Shown: positions 11,874 to 25,872, numbered from the stretch's first letter. The stretch: DNA of 64,000 nucleotides from Podarcis vaucheri (GCA_965113315.1 OZ220367.1), one strand, 5' to 3'. The notes: generated from the sequence alone by a model not told the origin. A program made the numbers and translations.

Positions 11874-14408
11874 TATGTGTGTGTGCATTTTTTTGCAACA
11901 GCATTCCCCCCCCCCTTAGCGGTCACATGTGTGTAGGTCACAGGATAGCACATGGTTCCCCATAACAACCAGAAGAATTATAAATCATCCCTTTTAGCAC
12001 TAAACATGTTCTACTTTGAAGGGAACAACCAATAAGTCTGTGTTACGTGCTAGGATTTCCTGAATGGTCAGCTCAAGGGATAGGAAACCCAGCAATGTCG
12101 GGCCCTAAAAGCTGGCAGAAGCTTCTGGGAGGAGTGGGGGGCAGAGCTTGCAGCTGCCCAGACCGGTCCAGGTAAGCTGCAGTGATATTAGGGTGGGATA
12201 ATGGTGCCATAACTATTTCCAACTACATAGGTTGCTGCTGGAAACTGGTCCTGCCAGCCCCTGCTCAGTCACTTAGGCACTTGACTCTGTCCAAGGGACA
12301 GCCTGTGCAACATTTTAACGCAAGGCCCTTTTCCAATATTAGCAAGTGACGACTGCAAGCAGACTGCGGAAGACACTGTGGTGAATGGCTAAGTAGCATT
12401 TTACTTGGTTTGAAGAACAAAGCCATTCATTCTGTCTGTTGGTCTATATCCTGGTTTCTCTGACTGCTTGGGACTGTGTGGTTGGTTCATATGCACAGTA
12501 CAAATCACTATTTTTTAAAAGAATGTAGTCCCTGCCCTCAAGCTTACAACCTTAAAGGACATGTCACAAAAGGAAAAGGGATCGGGAAGGAGGGAGGGAG
12601 GAGGAAATAAGCAAGTTCAGGGTCTTGGGTGTCCAATTTTGCCAGAATTCTCAGTAGATGTGAGAACCTACCCAGAGACACTGGACTCCAGTTGGTCTCA
12701 CAAAAGTAATACTTCACCTCCCAGAGCTCAAAACAATTTTGCAGATGACAAAATCAACCAATAAGTATGATTTTATTTTTTTTCTCTGGAGGTGGTTCCA
12801 TTTTCTGTTTGCCCATCACTCCTATGATTCCCCCCGCCCCCGTTTTACGGCTGTCTGTTGACATGCTTCTGGAGGTTTGAGGGGAATTCCCCTCCTCCTC
12901 CAAGCTTTAGGGGTGGTGACTACTCTCTCAGCCCCAAGCACTAGCTGTCCCCCTTCCCTCAAGAAGTACAGAAAGTTCAGTTTCCTGGTAGAATTAGAGA
13001 TAAGCTGAGGGAGAAACAGGGAACTTCATTTATGCATGCAGATCTACTTGTGGGATCCTACTAGGGAGTCTCAATGACATGTTCCCTCTCTGCCTTGGCA
13101 ATCAGTGGGATTTATGCAGTGGAGACGTGCTAAATAGTCAGGTTTTTTGGATAGCAGCAAGATTATTGGATGGAGTAACCCTGCAACACTTTGCTTGAGA
13201 AGCAGGCTTTGCAATAGGCCAATGTATCCTTATGATAGACTCTTGCTGTGTTGGTATTTTTCTGCACTGATACTGCTGTGGTAGGACAACAAAGCAACTA
13301 TGACAGGCTTTGATCATAAATGCAGTTTTAACTGTTTAACTCTGAATCCCCCAGAATGGGGTGGTAGGAAATTCCTGGCAATCTCCCCTTGTGCTTTGGA
13401 TGCTTTGCCTTGCAAATCCAACTTGAATGTCCCTAAAAGCATTTAATAGGCTCTAACTGAGCACCAGTGTTTTGTGTTTTCTGTTAACTTGATCCCTTGA
13501 ATAAGCCTGCCAGTTCTTTTTTTATTACTATTATTATTATTATTATTATTATTAACCAGTCATGCCTGATTTATTAACGAAACCCATAAACAGCCATCTT
13601 TTTATATTTGTAAATAGTGGCTTGTTGCTACGGCCGTCATCTCTTTGTATATTTCTGCCTTGCTACTAAACTTAGCCTTCTGTTCAGCCATGAAGGTTTA
13701 TTATGCTATAACAGGGGTCCCTCTAACCATATTTAGATTTAATGTGTAAACTTTGTCACCTGATGCCACTGAAAATAGCTTTCGGAGGGCTCAGTAACAA
13801 AACAGTTGTCTTAGAGGATCATACTCGTGGGGCCTGGCTGCTTTCTCCTCTTGCCATGTTTTTGTTAGCTGTATTGCAACAGCAAAGGCTTTCGTAGCAG
13901 GAATGAAGGTTCTCAGAAGCTTGGCTGCTTCAACACTGATTTCTTTTGCTAGCCACAAAAAGAACTCTGCTTCCACAAACGGTAAAGAAAAGTGAAAGCC
14001 AGAAAGCCCAGTTCCTTTCTCCTTTTCCAAAGCTCAATGGGAGTTACGAATAGAGATGCCCCCTTTTCTTAGGCCTCTCCCTGGGTCACTCTCAAACTAG
14101 TCCCCTGAAAGGAACAACACGCAGTTTCAGTCTCCTGAAAAATTTACATCTTAAGTGTCTCTGTGTGTGTCTCTGCCTTGCTGTTTGTCTCTCTTCTAAG
14201 AAGCCAGACGCCATTGCTGAAGCCTCCCTCTTCCCCACCCACCTCCCTGATGTCTTGTTTGTGATCTCTTGTGGCTGTATCTGCACAAGTGCTTCAGTGA
14301 CAAACTGATACCATGGCCTATGAGAAGCATAGCTGAGCATGCCTGAATGCCATTAAAGATGCTAAGAGTTGGGTCCTACAAATTCCACCATCAAACCCAA
14401 AGGCCATA

Positions 14409-14634
14409 CAGTGGTACCTTGGGTTACGTACGCTTCAGGTTACAAACTCCGCTAACCCAGAAATAGCGCTTCAGGTTAAGAACTTTGCTTCAGAATGAGA
14501 ACAGAAATCGTGCTCCGGCGGCGCGGCGGCCGCAGGAGACCCCATTAGCTAAAGTGGTGCTTCAGGTTAAGAACAGTTTCAGGTTAAGTACAGACCTCCG
14601 GAACGAATTAAGTACTTAACCCGAGGTACCACTG
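14409..14634. mobile_element. Tc1/mariner MITE, same family
   Basis: TIR CAGTGGTACC..., TA TSD. Confidence 0.88.
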
Positions 14635-15123
14635 TACAATTAGAACGCATAGAGAGGCACACTCTGTATGCACCTTCCTTCATTTTCCTGATTCCTGGAC
14701 CACATCAAGAGTGAGGTCTAGTTCATATACCTTCTGGTGGAGATGCTTATAGGGAAACAGGCAGTGCAGGTGCTATTACGCTCCCTCCTTTTGCAGCATC
14801 AGTTCCTGTTGCCAAAGAGGCAGGCCACTTTTTGAACTGATAAGTGACAACAGGTGAGAAACCAAACAAAGCCCAACTGACATGCCTGGTTCTCTGCAGG
14901 TGGTTGTGAGGATAAGGGAGGGTGTCCTACATATGACCACCTTGAGCTCTTAGGAGAAAGGGTGGAAAATAATCATCATCACCACCAAGAAGGGGGGGGT
15001 ATTAATCCCGGTTCCTTTTTGTTGCTTCGGTGTGTTTTGATTTCTTGGTGCTAGTGCAAATTCAGCTCCCCCCGGTAAACAAGCATGCTGATTGATTGGT
15101 GTGTGTGATCCTTCTTTTCACAG

Positions 15124-15221
15124 GGATTGTCCAGGGAGGCCCTCTTTCGATCATTTGCACTCAGATCATGACAACAGTTGATCAAGAACAAAACAAGGTC
15201 CTGTGGATTCCTTTTTCATAA
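15124..15221 (+). pseudogene. DLG5: DLG5-like last exon, coding part
   Basis: cag|GG IVQGGPLSIICTQIMTTVDQEQNKVLWIPFS* (human VIQGGALSSICTQILAMVNQEQNKVLWIP). Confidence 0.9.
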
Positions 15222-15507
15222 GACTGATGCTGCAAGCAACCTGTTCTGATTCCCCTACCTTTATTTTATCACATTTAGGTAGTCTATGTAATTGGAAGCT
15301 TACATTGCTCAAGCTTTGTTCTTTTGGTGTGTAATAGCCATAGAGATTTTTATTTAATTAGAATTGCAGCCTCTATTATAGGGATATGACAACCTCTAGT
15401 GTGGTCCCGTAACTTGTTAGTTTTTCCACTGTCGAAAAATGTGTCTGTTTTGTTTTTTAATTTTTGTTACAATATATTTTCTGAACTAAAAAAAGTCACT
15501 GTATGAA

Positions 15508-15549
15508 AATAAAAAAAGTTAAAGAAACTGAGCATTGTGTCAAAATAAA
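15508..15549 (+). terminator. Candidate polyadenylation signals of the DLG5-like gene
   Basis: AATAAA at 15508-15513 and 15544-15549, about 300 nt after the stop, in AT-rich UTR-like sequence. Confidence 0.55.
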
Positions 15550-18500
15550 GGTCAATTTCTATAACTTGACTTGTATGGAAGTGTTGCATAAATCCCTCTC
15601 TGACTCCGTTGTTCAGTTTACTACTATCAAGCAGGTTACAGAATTAAAACAATTTCACAGACATTTGTAATGGTTATTTTACAGTGAGATTCCAAATTGC
15701 ATTTTGTTGCTAGAGTTGCAATTACCCATGAAGCATAATGACTCCAAAAGAAAATTCAGAGTAAAGCTTGCTTCAGTTTTGATACCACTGAATTTAAAAG
15801 ATCCAACTTGAGATACCACTCTTTGTGCCCTTCCCATTTAACAAAATACTACATTTTGAGTATCAGTGGTAAACATCTGCCTGATGGAAATTGGGCTTGG
15901 TAGATTGTCCTTTTTCTTTCCAGTGTAAGAGGCATTAGGCAAAACGTAAAAATTCTACTACCTCAGCCCTGCAGATTTGAAGTCCTAAACTATGACTTTC
16001 CAATGCCCAGTTTGGAAATGGGACTGCTTTATAAGCTTTTCTCAAGCTAATGTGGGTCAAGCTGACAAAGAAAACAATTTCCCCAAGTTAAGAGAAGGCT
16101 TAAAATGGAAAGCCACTGGTTGGGGTTGGGGGTACATATTTTGAACCATGCAAGGGCTTAATTGGATCTGATTTCAGGTATCTTGGGAGAGAAAGAATGT
16201 CTTATGAATGCACACTTTATGAAGCAACCTAGCATTTCTTCAGCTACTGAAATATTTGAATACCTGTCTGCATCCTCTCCCTGGTTAATAATCTGCATGA
16301 TTTTGTTTTGGTGATCATACTGAAAGATGGCCATAAATTCCACTTAATGGCTAAGTGAAATATTTTCTGCTATTATATGGGTCATGTGGTTCTCTCAAGG
16401 AATGAGGTGGTTTTTGTAATTCTAAAAGGAATGCACTTTGACTTGACAAAATGACAGAACTATGGTGGACACTGCAATGAGTTGCATAATTGTTTAGCTA
16501 AAACTAACGTAGCTAGAAGCTCTCTGATACATTAGATGGATTAATTTATTTCTCCTCCACAGCTTTAGGATCAGATTAAGGGATTCACACACCCATGCTT
16601 TAATCTTCTCTATATTGTTCTTTACAGGGGTATTCGAAATATTATTGAGTAAACGTCCGCTGTGATTTCATTTCTTTGTAGTCAACAGTCCTAGTGTACT
16701 GAAGAAGATAATTAAGTAATTCTTAGTGACTGAAGAAGATAATTAAGTAATTCCAGTAAGTTTAGCCAATGTGGTGCCTTCCAGGTATTTTTGCCCTAGA
16801 ATTCCTGTCAGTCTCAGTATGGGCAATGATTGGGGATGCTTGGGGCACATAAAGATGAAAATAGTTGATTATCTGTAACTTTTGCTATTCAGGTGGGTGA
16901 TTTAGGCCTTTACATATCCTGGCTAGGGCATCCCTAGTTGTGCACTATTCTGCTAGTGCATGATGGAACTGGGAGGGAAAAGGGTTAGCTCCACCCCTGC
17001 ATTCAATGCAAGAAAGGCTATTGCACATCTACAAGACCAAAGGAATTGGCACGGCTACTCTTCATCCCTTCCTAGAAGGCGCAGCCTGCGAAGGTACAAA
17101 GAGTCCTGCCTTACACTGTGAGCCTTCCGTTCTTACTTCCTGGCCAGGACCACCAAAACCCACTTGTGGGGACATCTCTACTTTCAGCCACAGCATACCT
17201 TGTTATTGTTTTCCATTTAATGCTCTAGAAAAAAATTCTCAGGTTACAGAATTCAGGTGATTTGGCAAACTGTGGGGTGGGGGGGTGCATGCACACACAT
17301 GCAGATCAAACATCTCCCAGATTTAAGGATGATCAGTATGTATGGAACTTTGAATGCATTTGAGTATAAGACATATTGCCTGAAAATTCCTACGCAAGCC
17401 ATTTTAACCTCTTCCCCAACCCCCATTCAGAAGCGTTTTGAACTGCCTTTTGCTCATGTCATGTTGAAACTATGACTCCCAAGTACTGCCAGAATAAGTT
17501 ACAACAACTGCATATAGGCCTGTGCTTCTTAACAATACCAAATAGCAGTGTTCGAAGCTGAATCCCAAAGACACAGTCATGTCTGAAAGCTGTCAAACCT
17601 GAACATTAGTTCAACTACTGACTTTCAAAATCAATATGTGATGCAACCTCCTTGGGGGGGAGAGTCAATTTGACAGATGAAAGCCCCTTCCTTGCTTTTC
17701 TGTTCAAGGTTGCTATATCTCTACTCTTTATTGTTGACTCTTTGTAAACTTTCTGCAGTAAATTGCATCTTCATGATAAGCAAATGTTCTGATGTTATGG
17801 TCTGGTGTTATGCTTCTTAAGATATGAGTGTGTTCTTGAGAATGCAAGTGTGGCCGACACCACAAAATGGCCATTCTCACCAAAGTGGTAAATGTATGGG
17901 CTGCATACGTCAGAATACAGATATACAGTAATCTCTCATAATAGGGTGACACCCTCTTCACCCTGCCCCACTTCAAAACAATTCCTACACACAGAAAGGT
18001 AGCATGTTTGAAAGAAGGCAGGGCTAAAACCCTTCTTGTTGAAATGCTAGTTTTCTATGTGCAGATTATTATTATTTTTAATTTGTAGAGAGGCCTCCAT
18101 CTGAGCTCATTTTATACATTTTGAAGCGACGTTAGCCTAGAGTCAGCTTTGCCACCTCCCAAATAAATAGGACCACGAGGTCATGTCAGATAGCTGCAGT
18201 TATTAAAAAATATATATTTTAAAAAATTAAGGGAGCAGCCAGATTGAAAACCTAAGCCAGTCTGAAGGTTTCACTTCCACAGAGTAATCTAGGAAGTGAA
18301 CAGTTCTGAGAAAGATTAGAATACTTTCTTACAAATCCCAAGCCCTTTGAGACATGACAGTGCTTGAAATTCCTTAGTTTGATAGCCCTTTCAGATCTGT
18401 AGTGCACACACATCAATCATATTTAATGGATGAGATGTCATTCCCCTCCATCCATGCTCACAAACCAGGCTTTTCTCACAGGGGCCATAAACTCAGAAGT

Positions 18501-21500
18501 GGGATATGCAGACTGCTGTTGCTACTGCTAGCCATCACCAAGTAGCACACACAGGTTTCTCAAAGTTCAGCTTCCTGCTGTGATTGCTCTGCAGCTTGTG
18601 TTTCCTTTCTGGTGATGACTCATCAGGTCATCAAAATGGAAAATGGCAGCTCATCGAAATGGAAAAACACCAGCCTTCTCTTGACGCTTTTGCTGTAGTG
18701 GAACCTCTTGCCTAAGGTAAACTTCTCTTTACAGCATTTAAAATACAGAGCATTCAAACGCAGCATTTTATGTACATTTAAACTTTCATACATAGGGCAA
18801 ACTGCTACCAGGTGATCTCTGTGCAAGATGAATAAATGGAAACAAATTATGCATTAAGAAAAGTAACACAGAAAATACTGTTTTCATCTTCCTGGCCCTT
18901 CAGCTACAGGAGTCTTTTGTTTCCCCTTCATTCAGAAGGGTGACTTGGCAACACAAAACGACTAATTTATAGCATAGGTCATTTATGAGTGTTTGTTGTA
19001 AAAAGCTGTTGTTTAAAGCTCAGTAGAATAAAATATTACATAGATAGAGGAGTAGGCTTTGGCCTAGAAAAGTTTATACCAGAATGGAAACAGTGGCTGA
19101 AGCCTCACAGACTCTTTGTTGCTGTTTTCCATGGAGACTGAGAGAGACAGAAACACACCACATGGACAAAATGGTTAACTGCCTGTAAAATATGTTGAAT
19201 ATTCTGTTTATATTTCATATTATGGAGGCTTTTGGCTTCCCTAATTCAGCCTTATTTACAACCTTGCCATCTGCTAGGCCCAGCTGAGGCCTTTAATGTC
19301 AGTTGCTCCAATGAGGGTAAGTGGAGCCAGAATCAAGGGCTGAAGCCACCTTTTGAGGCCTACAGGCCCTTTTAAGACACCTAATAAACCAAGCAATACT
19401 TGTGAATGGGAACAAAACCCCAACAAAACATGGAAATGGTAGTCATGACACAACGGGGGGGGGGAGTGTTGTGCTGCAGCTGCCTTTTAGCCCTCACAAG
19501 TACCCTCATTCTCCAAAATTTAGCGGGGTCTGATGAAGATGATTTTGACTGAGACAAGAAGGCATTTCTGAGTAGGCCTCAGACACAGCCGATAGTCACA
19601 GATGTTTGGGGGGAGGCACATTTTCTCTCGTGAGCCACATTCTGAGGGCCACGTGCCTGTGGCAGCTGGGGCCAGAGGTAGAAATGGGTAGAGCGGTGGT
19701 TCCCACGCCCCACAGAAGGGCAATTTGATTTTTAAGGGGAGCAATTTGAGAATGAGGTAAACCAAGTTAATGGCCTTTTAGGCTTCCTCCGCGTGAATAG
19801 GACTTCACTTTTTGAATAATAAGAATTACATGTCACTGGGGGGGGTGGGGGCATCGGGATTTTAGAGATGCGAAGGTGGGGCATGGCAAAAAAATGGGCT
19901 GGGAATGGAATCACTGGGGTAGAGCAGAAGATACAGCTTTTGCATTTCTACACTAGCTTACATTCCACCCATGGGGGAAAAAATCACTAAATTTACAAAC
20001 ACATAACACACAAGCAACAAGGCAGGCAGAGAGCACAATCCCAGTTCAAGGGCACCATCTAGCCAGGCAAAAACACTCAAGCAAGGAGAGATGCAGGGTC
20101 TGTGACAGGTGTTGGCTGTCACTGTATAATAAATATTGCTCCCCCCATTGCCGTTTCACCACAGATCCAGGCCTTGCCAGCACCTGAGGTTTGACTTTAA
20201 GATAAAAAACAGAGGAATAGGTACTAAGTCCTTCAGATGCTCTGTCCACCTGTGGTGTTTGCCCCAGTTCTGCAGTCTTGGGTGCAAAGAAGCCCCCCTC
20301 CCCTGGATGAAAAGCCTGCTTTTTGCAACTTGGGCCACTCAACAGGGATGACAAATTTCTGGTCTGCATGCTTGCCGCTAGCTCAGAGGCTTACCGGAGC
20401 CACCAGCAAATTGCAGCCTTTTCAAAAAATTCAAGCCACATGGACAATTGTGGTGAGTGAGATGCTTCACAAGATATCCGGCAGTGGGGTGTGTGGGAGA
20501 GCCGGGAATGAGATTTAGAAGATGCTGGGTGGAAGGAGAGCCTGGGGTTTGGGGCAAGAGGAGGACCATACAGGAATTGGGCCAATTCAACCCTGAGCCT
20601 TGAGTTTGGGGTTAGAGTGGTCCTCCAGATGTCCACAGGGGAACTGACTTTCCTCCTCTGCTTTCTTTTAGGACATTTTGGGACAGCTGGCCTCCATCTC
20701 TGAACATTTTCCACTCCATCTCTCCAGCCTTGTGAAGCCAGAATTATCCATGCTGGTTTTACCAGGACAAGGTAGCAACAAGGCAATCAGAGTTGTGGCC
20801 AGGACGTCACATAAAGATACTGAAGATTGAACATTGTAATGCAGAACACAAGGCAGTTGTGGGAGGCAATGAGGCAAATCCTTCGCTGACAAAACAAAAA
20901 CATCATCCAAAGCATCGTGTTGAAACTGATAATGTGTTATGGTGCAGCACATGCATCTAGCCGCCGGAGAACCAAGTTGCTGACGACAGTCCTAGCAAAC
21001 ACGGTGTGTGCAGCAGATACTTTGAAAAGGAACAGAAGCTCCTGGTAAGAATACTAATGAAACTGAAATAGAGATACCGTACTTCACGGACAGAATAGTT
21101 TCTTGGGCACATCTCATTCTGCTAGTGAGCCGTGATACACTGAGTGATTAAACCATTATTAGATACACAAGAAGTTATGATAAACTGAGATGCTCATGTG
21201 AAGAGAGGTGGGAAGGTGGGAACCCTGAGGTTTACCAAGCAATGTGCAAATGAACGGAAGCGGCAGTGGTTGCCGTATGTTGTGGTGCAGAACACTTCTC
21301 TAATGATAGCAGTTAGGTCCAGAGGCTGTGAAGCATGGCTAAATGCATTCAGGAAGAGCACACATCACATTTGGGTGGGAAATTAATGAGCTGCTCTTCA
21401 TGTGCAAGGGGGAAGGCATTAGGGAGCTGAATTAAAAGATAAAGCATTGGAGCAGCTTTCAGCTGGGTTCTGGTTGTGCTCACATCCTCTTTAATTAGAG

Positions 21501-22874
21501 GCAGGCAGCCGTATGAGAAATGCAGCAGCACCTTCCAAGCCTGAACTTTAATAAGTGGAGGGTCGTCGAGAAGAAACTGAATGGGCCATGCTTGCAGGCA
21601 GCCAGGCTCCAAATTGCAGCCACTTACCATTTCAGAACCTTCAGATATTCTGCTTTAGTGTTGGGGATTATCCTTGCATTGAAGCCGGTAATGACTTTAA
21701 ATAACATTATTGAGAAGTTTTTTTTAAAAAAGGTAACAATTGGAGGAAGAAGTTTGAGAGGGTGACGATTGCCACTAAGTGTCAGAGAGGCATCTACTGA
21801 ATGTTGCTATCAAGTTGGTTGTCTGTTGTTTAAGGAGAGGGTGTCCTGTGGCTGCTGAGAACTCATCTCCTCACTTGCTTAGCAGTTGGACTTACCACAC
21901 ACGCTGGCTGGAGGCTCCAGCATCATTTTAGGATTTTAAAAGTCCCATGCTGGTGGGCCCCAATATGAAATTTAAGGGAGCATCATTTTAAAAGTGTTGA
22001 ACTGTGCCCTGGAGATCAGCAGGCACCGTTGCTCATTTCCCAGCTTTGTGTTGTGGATTCTTAGGCCCCATCTGCAGTATATATGTAAAGCGGTATCATA
22101 TCGTTTTAAACAGTCAGTTACTTGCCCTTGAAAGAATTCTGAGACCTGCAGTACCATCACAAAGCTACAGTTCTCAGAGTTTCCTAGGACTGGAGATTAG
22201 GATTAGAGATTGTTGAACCGGTCTGAAAATTGTAGCTCTGTGAGGAGAATAGGGGTCTCCTAACAGCTCACAGCACCCTTAACAAACTGCAGCTCTGGCC
22301 CCCTCCACCTCTTCCCTCCTTTTCTTCCTAATATATCAACAAATGAAACTGACCTATAGAAAATGTAACTTGAAAAAAAAAGAGACATTGCGCATACATT
22401 TGTAAACCAAGAAATCTTTAATAATAATAATAAAAATGAAAGGAAACTGTAGCTCCCAGAATTATTTGGAGGACGCCATGGCTATTTAAAAGAGCCACTG
22501 CAGGATTGTTCTAGGAAGTGCATACGATGCTGGACAAAGCGTTTAACTACTTCAGCCAGCAGTAACTTGGTGTTTCTCATGATTATTTAATTGCATTGCC
22601 TGTTTTTCCTTGACTAGCCTAGTTAGCTATTGAGACTGTTTTCTCAAGTCTAGGAAGGCTTTGCAGCTTGAGCATTTTCCAGAGTGGGGAAGAACCATAG
22701 CTCAGTGGTAGAGCACATGCTGTACATGCAGAACATCTCATGTTCAATCGCCTCCATAGCAAGCAACTATTAAAGTTGCACTCAGCTCCATTCAAGACAA
22801 GGATTTGGCAGTCCTTTTTGGTTCCCCAGCTTATTGTTGTGATTGCTGACACACCGGCATTTTGTATTGAAACG

Positions 22875-23340
22875 ACAAAGAGTCTTGTGGCACCTTAAAG
22901 ACTAACAAATTTATTGTGATGTGATAATAAAAAAAGGTAAAAGGTAAAGGACCCCTGAATGGTTATGTCCAGTCAAAGGCGACTACGGGGTTGTGGCACT
23001 CATCTCACTTCAGGCCAAGGGAGCCAGGCGTTTGTCCACAGACAGCTTTCTGGGTCATATGGCCAGCATGACTAAACCACTTCTGGCGCAATGGAACCCC
23101 ATGACAGAAACCAGAGCACACGGAAACACCATTTACCTTCCCTTACCTATTTCTCTAATTGCAATGACGTGCTTTCAAATTGCTAAGTTGGCAGGAGCAG
23201 GGACAGAGCAACGGGAGCTCACCCCATTGTGGGGTTTCGAACCGCCAACCTTCTGATCAGCAAGCCCAAGAGGCTCAGTGGTTTAGCCCACAGCGCCACC
23301 GTCCCATTGTGATGTAGCATTTGTGGACTACAGTCCACTA
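22875..23340 (-). mobile_element. Old PLE terminal fragment with decayed hammerhead, split by a Sauria SINE
   Basis: gagtcttgtggcaccttaaagactaacaaatttattgtg [SINE] agcatttGTGGACtacaGTCCAC (helix II remnant); similar to the 32/43/45/61-kb elements. Confidence 0.55.
22933..23305 (-). mobile_element. Sauria SINE
   Basis: (AAAGGT)n tail at left, head at right, TSD ATTGTGATGT (22913-22922, 23306-23315). Confidence 0.88.
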
Positions 23341-24000
23341 TGTATCTGTGCCAGAAATGAAATGAGGAAAAGGACAGTAGTACAGACATCCTGGCATAAT
23401 TAAAACAATGAACACATCTGGTGCAAGAAAAACCCATTGTGCCACAAGTGAGAGCATTGCCTCTCTTGATGTGTTGTAATACAGTGGGTTTCCCTGTATT
23501 ACAAAGGTTCCCTTTGAAATGCCATTGCTCCTGGATGGTCAGTCACACAGAGTCCTGCAAGGCAAGGGGTCAACAATGGTCTGAAGGGATTGGGCTACTT
23601 TTGAGTAGCTGGTGGAGGAAGAGGGGCTGGGGGGAGCGCACCACCCCTGGCACCACAATCCCGGTGGAGTGCCATCACGGGTGTCCCCCCCACACACGCT
23701 GGGTGCCATGCCCTCGCAGGCGGTGCGTCACTCCCCCAGGACGCGCGCCAGCCACGCCCCCGCCTGCTCTCCGCCCCTGGTGCCGAAGCATAAAGCTCTG
23801 CCACTGAGTTAACCTCCTGTTTTGGACCAAAAACATAAGCCTGTGCTTATGTGGCTTCTCCTTGCCAAATGGCAGCTGTTGCCGCAATAATGCCCATTAG
23901 CAGATAGGAAACTTAATTGGCCAGTGATTCATTGTGCTTCGTGCTTGTGAGGAAAAGAGGTGGGCTTTTTAAAAAAAGAAAATAAAACATTTCCCATAAC

Positions 24001-24138
24001 CGGGGATTTTTTTCCAGCTGGAACTTGTTGGAACACAGTTCCGTCACCTCTCAGGTGGGTGCCATTGCCATTCTAAGAGAACAAGGGAGCTGTTCATGGT
24101 GAGTTTAGGCACCTCTTTTTCCAGAAAAAACAGCACTG
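24001..24138. mobile_element. hAT-type MITE (family of 1436-1915)
   Basis: Shared internal sequence; TSD CCCATAA(C/T). Confidence 0.7.
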
Positions 24139-25038
24139 CCCATAATTAAGCTTGTGCTATATCTAACATTAGTTTTGAAATGTGGAAGGAGCAAAAGGAA
24201 ATTTATCCTCCATAGCTTTAAATCACATTCGGAGCACATTTTCTCCAAAGAATCCTAAGCACTATAGTTCGTTGAGCTCTGTGAGGGGTAAGCTACAGTT
24301 CCCAAGATTCTTTGATGGAAAGTGCTTTGAATGTGCTTTAAAACTCAAATCTGTGAGTGTAACACAATAATAGCTTTTATTAAGCCAACCAACACGCCAC
24401 AGACTAGTGTGCAAGCTTTTAAGATCAATATATAAATATAAAATAGAGAGAACGCTTTTTGCCAATTTTGTGACATTTCAATGTGCCTAATAAAGGTATT
24501 GCTCTAATTTGGACTTTCGTTTTCCTACACCTTGGGGGTCAACAAGGCTACTCTAATTCTGTGATGTGGAATATATGAACCTTTTAATGCAGAATTATAA
24601 CCTGTTCTTTATATTCCCATAATGTCTATTTCAGCCAGCAGTAGCTTGGTCTATCTCAGATTGGCTTCCTCTTAACTAGTTTAGATAGATAGTTTCTAAG
24701 AAGAACTGACAATCTCACTAAGATCGGTCTACCAACATCCATTAGTCATCATAGCTAAATGGAACCCCGTGATCAGTAGTAGTGTACGTCTGAATATCAT
24801 CTATTAAGTATGGCCAACGGAGAAATGGGTTGTTACTTCTGGAACAGTCACTAGCAAGGCAGGAATGTATCTGGTTGGCTGTGGTTGGATTTAGATATAC
24901 AGTATGTCTGGCCCAAAACAGGAGGGGTTTAACTCATCTATCTCCACTCACCCCCAATTTCTTAGCTACAGAACCCCTTCTTCCTCTTGGCTAGGAGGAG
25001 GAGTATAGGCTTGGAACCCACACTTACATTGACCAAGT

Positions 25039-25162
25039 CTGGGTTGTTTTTTCAGCTGAAACTTGCTGGAACTCATTTCCGGGGCCTCTCAGGTGGGTGC
25101 CATTGCTATTATAAGAGAACATGGAGAGTTCCAGCATCTCTTTTTCTAGAAATATAGCACTG
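25039..25162. mobile_element. hAT-type MITE (family of 1436-1915)
   Basis: Shared internal cctctcaggtgggtgccattgc; ends AGCACTG. Confidence 0.65.
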
Positions 25163-25872
25163 GACAAAGGTACAGTAAAAATACCAGTTTTAACTCATCG
25201 AGCCAAACGTTTAGGACTTGTTACTGCAGCAGCTACTAATCTCCAACAAATTAGTAACTGGGAAGACAAAATACTTGGGCAAAATTTGCTGTTGTGAATC
25301 AGTGCTGTAGATAACATCAAGCTAGGTCTTGTAATGTTAATAGGTCTCTGTGACATATCTCCTGCCTGGTGCATTTGTGATGGAAAACAAATCCCCCTTC
25401 AGTCACATGAGAGTAGACTTGGTCACAAAATTCTTTCCTTTCACAGTCATACCTTTCCTTGACACCCTGCCAGTTGGTGTTGTGATCTTATGGGCTTTCT
25501 GCATACTTTAAAAATGGCATACGTTGACTTTTCTGGCCTCTGCTGTTGGCTTTTGCCTTATAAGGATTAGCACGTCTTTGCTCTCTCTCACTCTTTTGTT
25601 TAGGATCCCCAGCTTCAAAACAGTCCATATCTGGCTTTGTGTTGACCTGCGGCACTTGAACTAATGGACATTCACATAAACAGTGTACTGGGTTTTGTGT
25701 GCACATTAACAACTTGTTTGAAATTTGTTCGACCTTAAACTTTTAACCTCAGACTCAGTTTTTTAGTGTGTTTTTTAAGTCTGGAGATTCAAGGAACACT
25801 GCTTCATCCCATGTGGATGTTTAGGCGGCAATTCAAGCCCTGGTTATCTGGGAGTAAGCTCCAATGAATTCC

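Larger units (their letters stand above)
316..15549 (+). pseudogene. DLG5: DLG5-like (discs large 5, MAGUK) unprocessed pseudogene, 3' half; 5' part lies upstream of the window
   Basis: Ten exons with splice sites translate to the DLG5 linker, PDZ4, SH3, hook and GUK: 316-477, 1027-1191, 2142-2325, 2992-3130, 5024-5194, 6394-6592, 7148-7291, 8957-9084, 11484-11593, 15124-15221. Lesions: about -7 nt at 439, -12 nt at ~3042, +2 nt at 3121, -1 nt at ~6578, TAA at 11539. Two PDZ3 exons and one GUK exon not found. Confidence 0.88.

Noticed and set aside
23600-23806. GC/CpG-rich patch (also 36263-36490) as a CpG-island promoter
   Set aside because: Only ~200 bp with MITE-like ends; more likely transposon fragments.
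24360-24552. Possible older inverted PLE doublet
   Set aside because: Some terminal similarity (taataaaggtat, caacaaggctac) but no recognisable hammerhead core or TSD.
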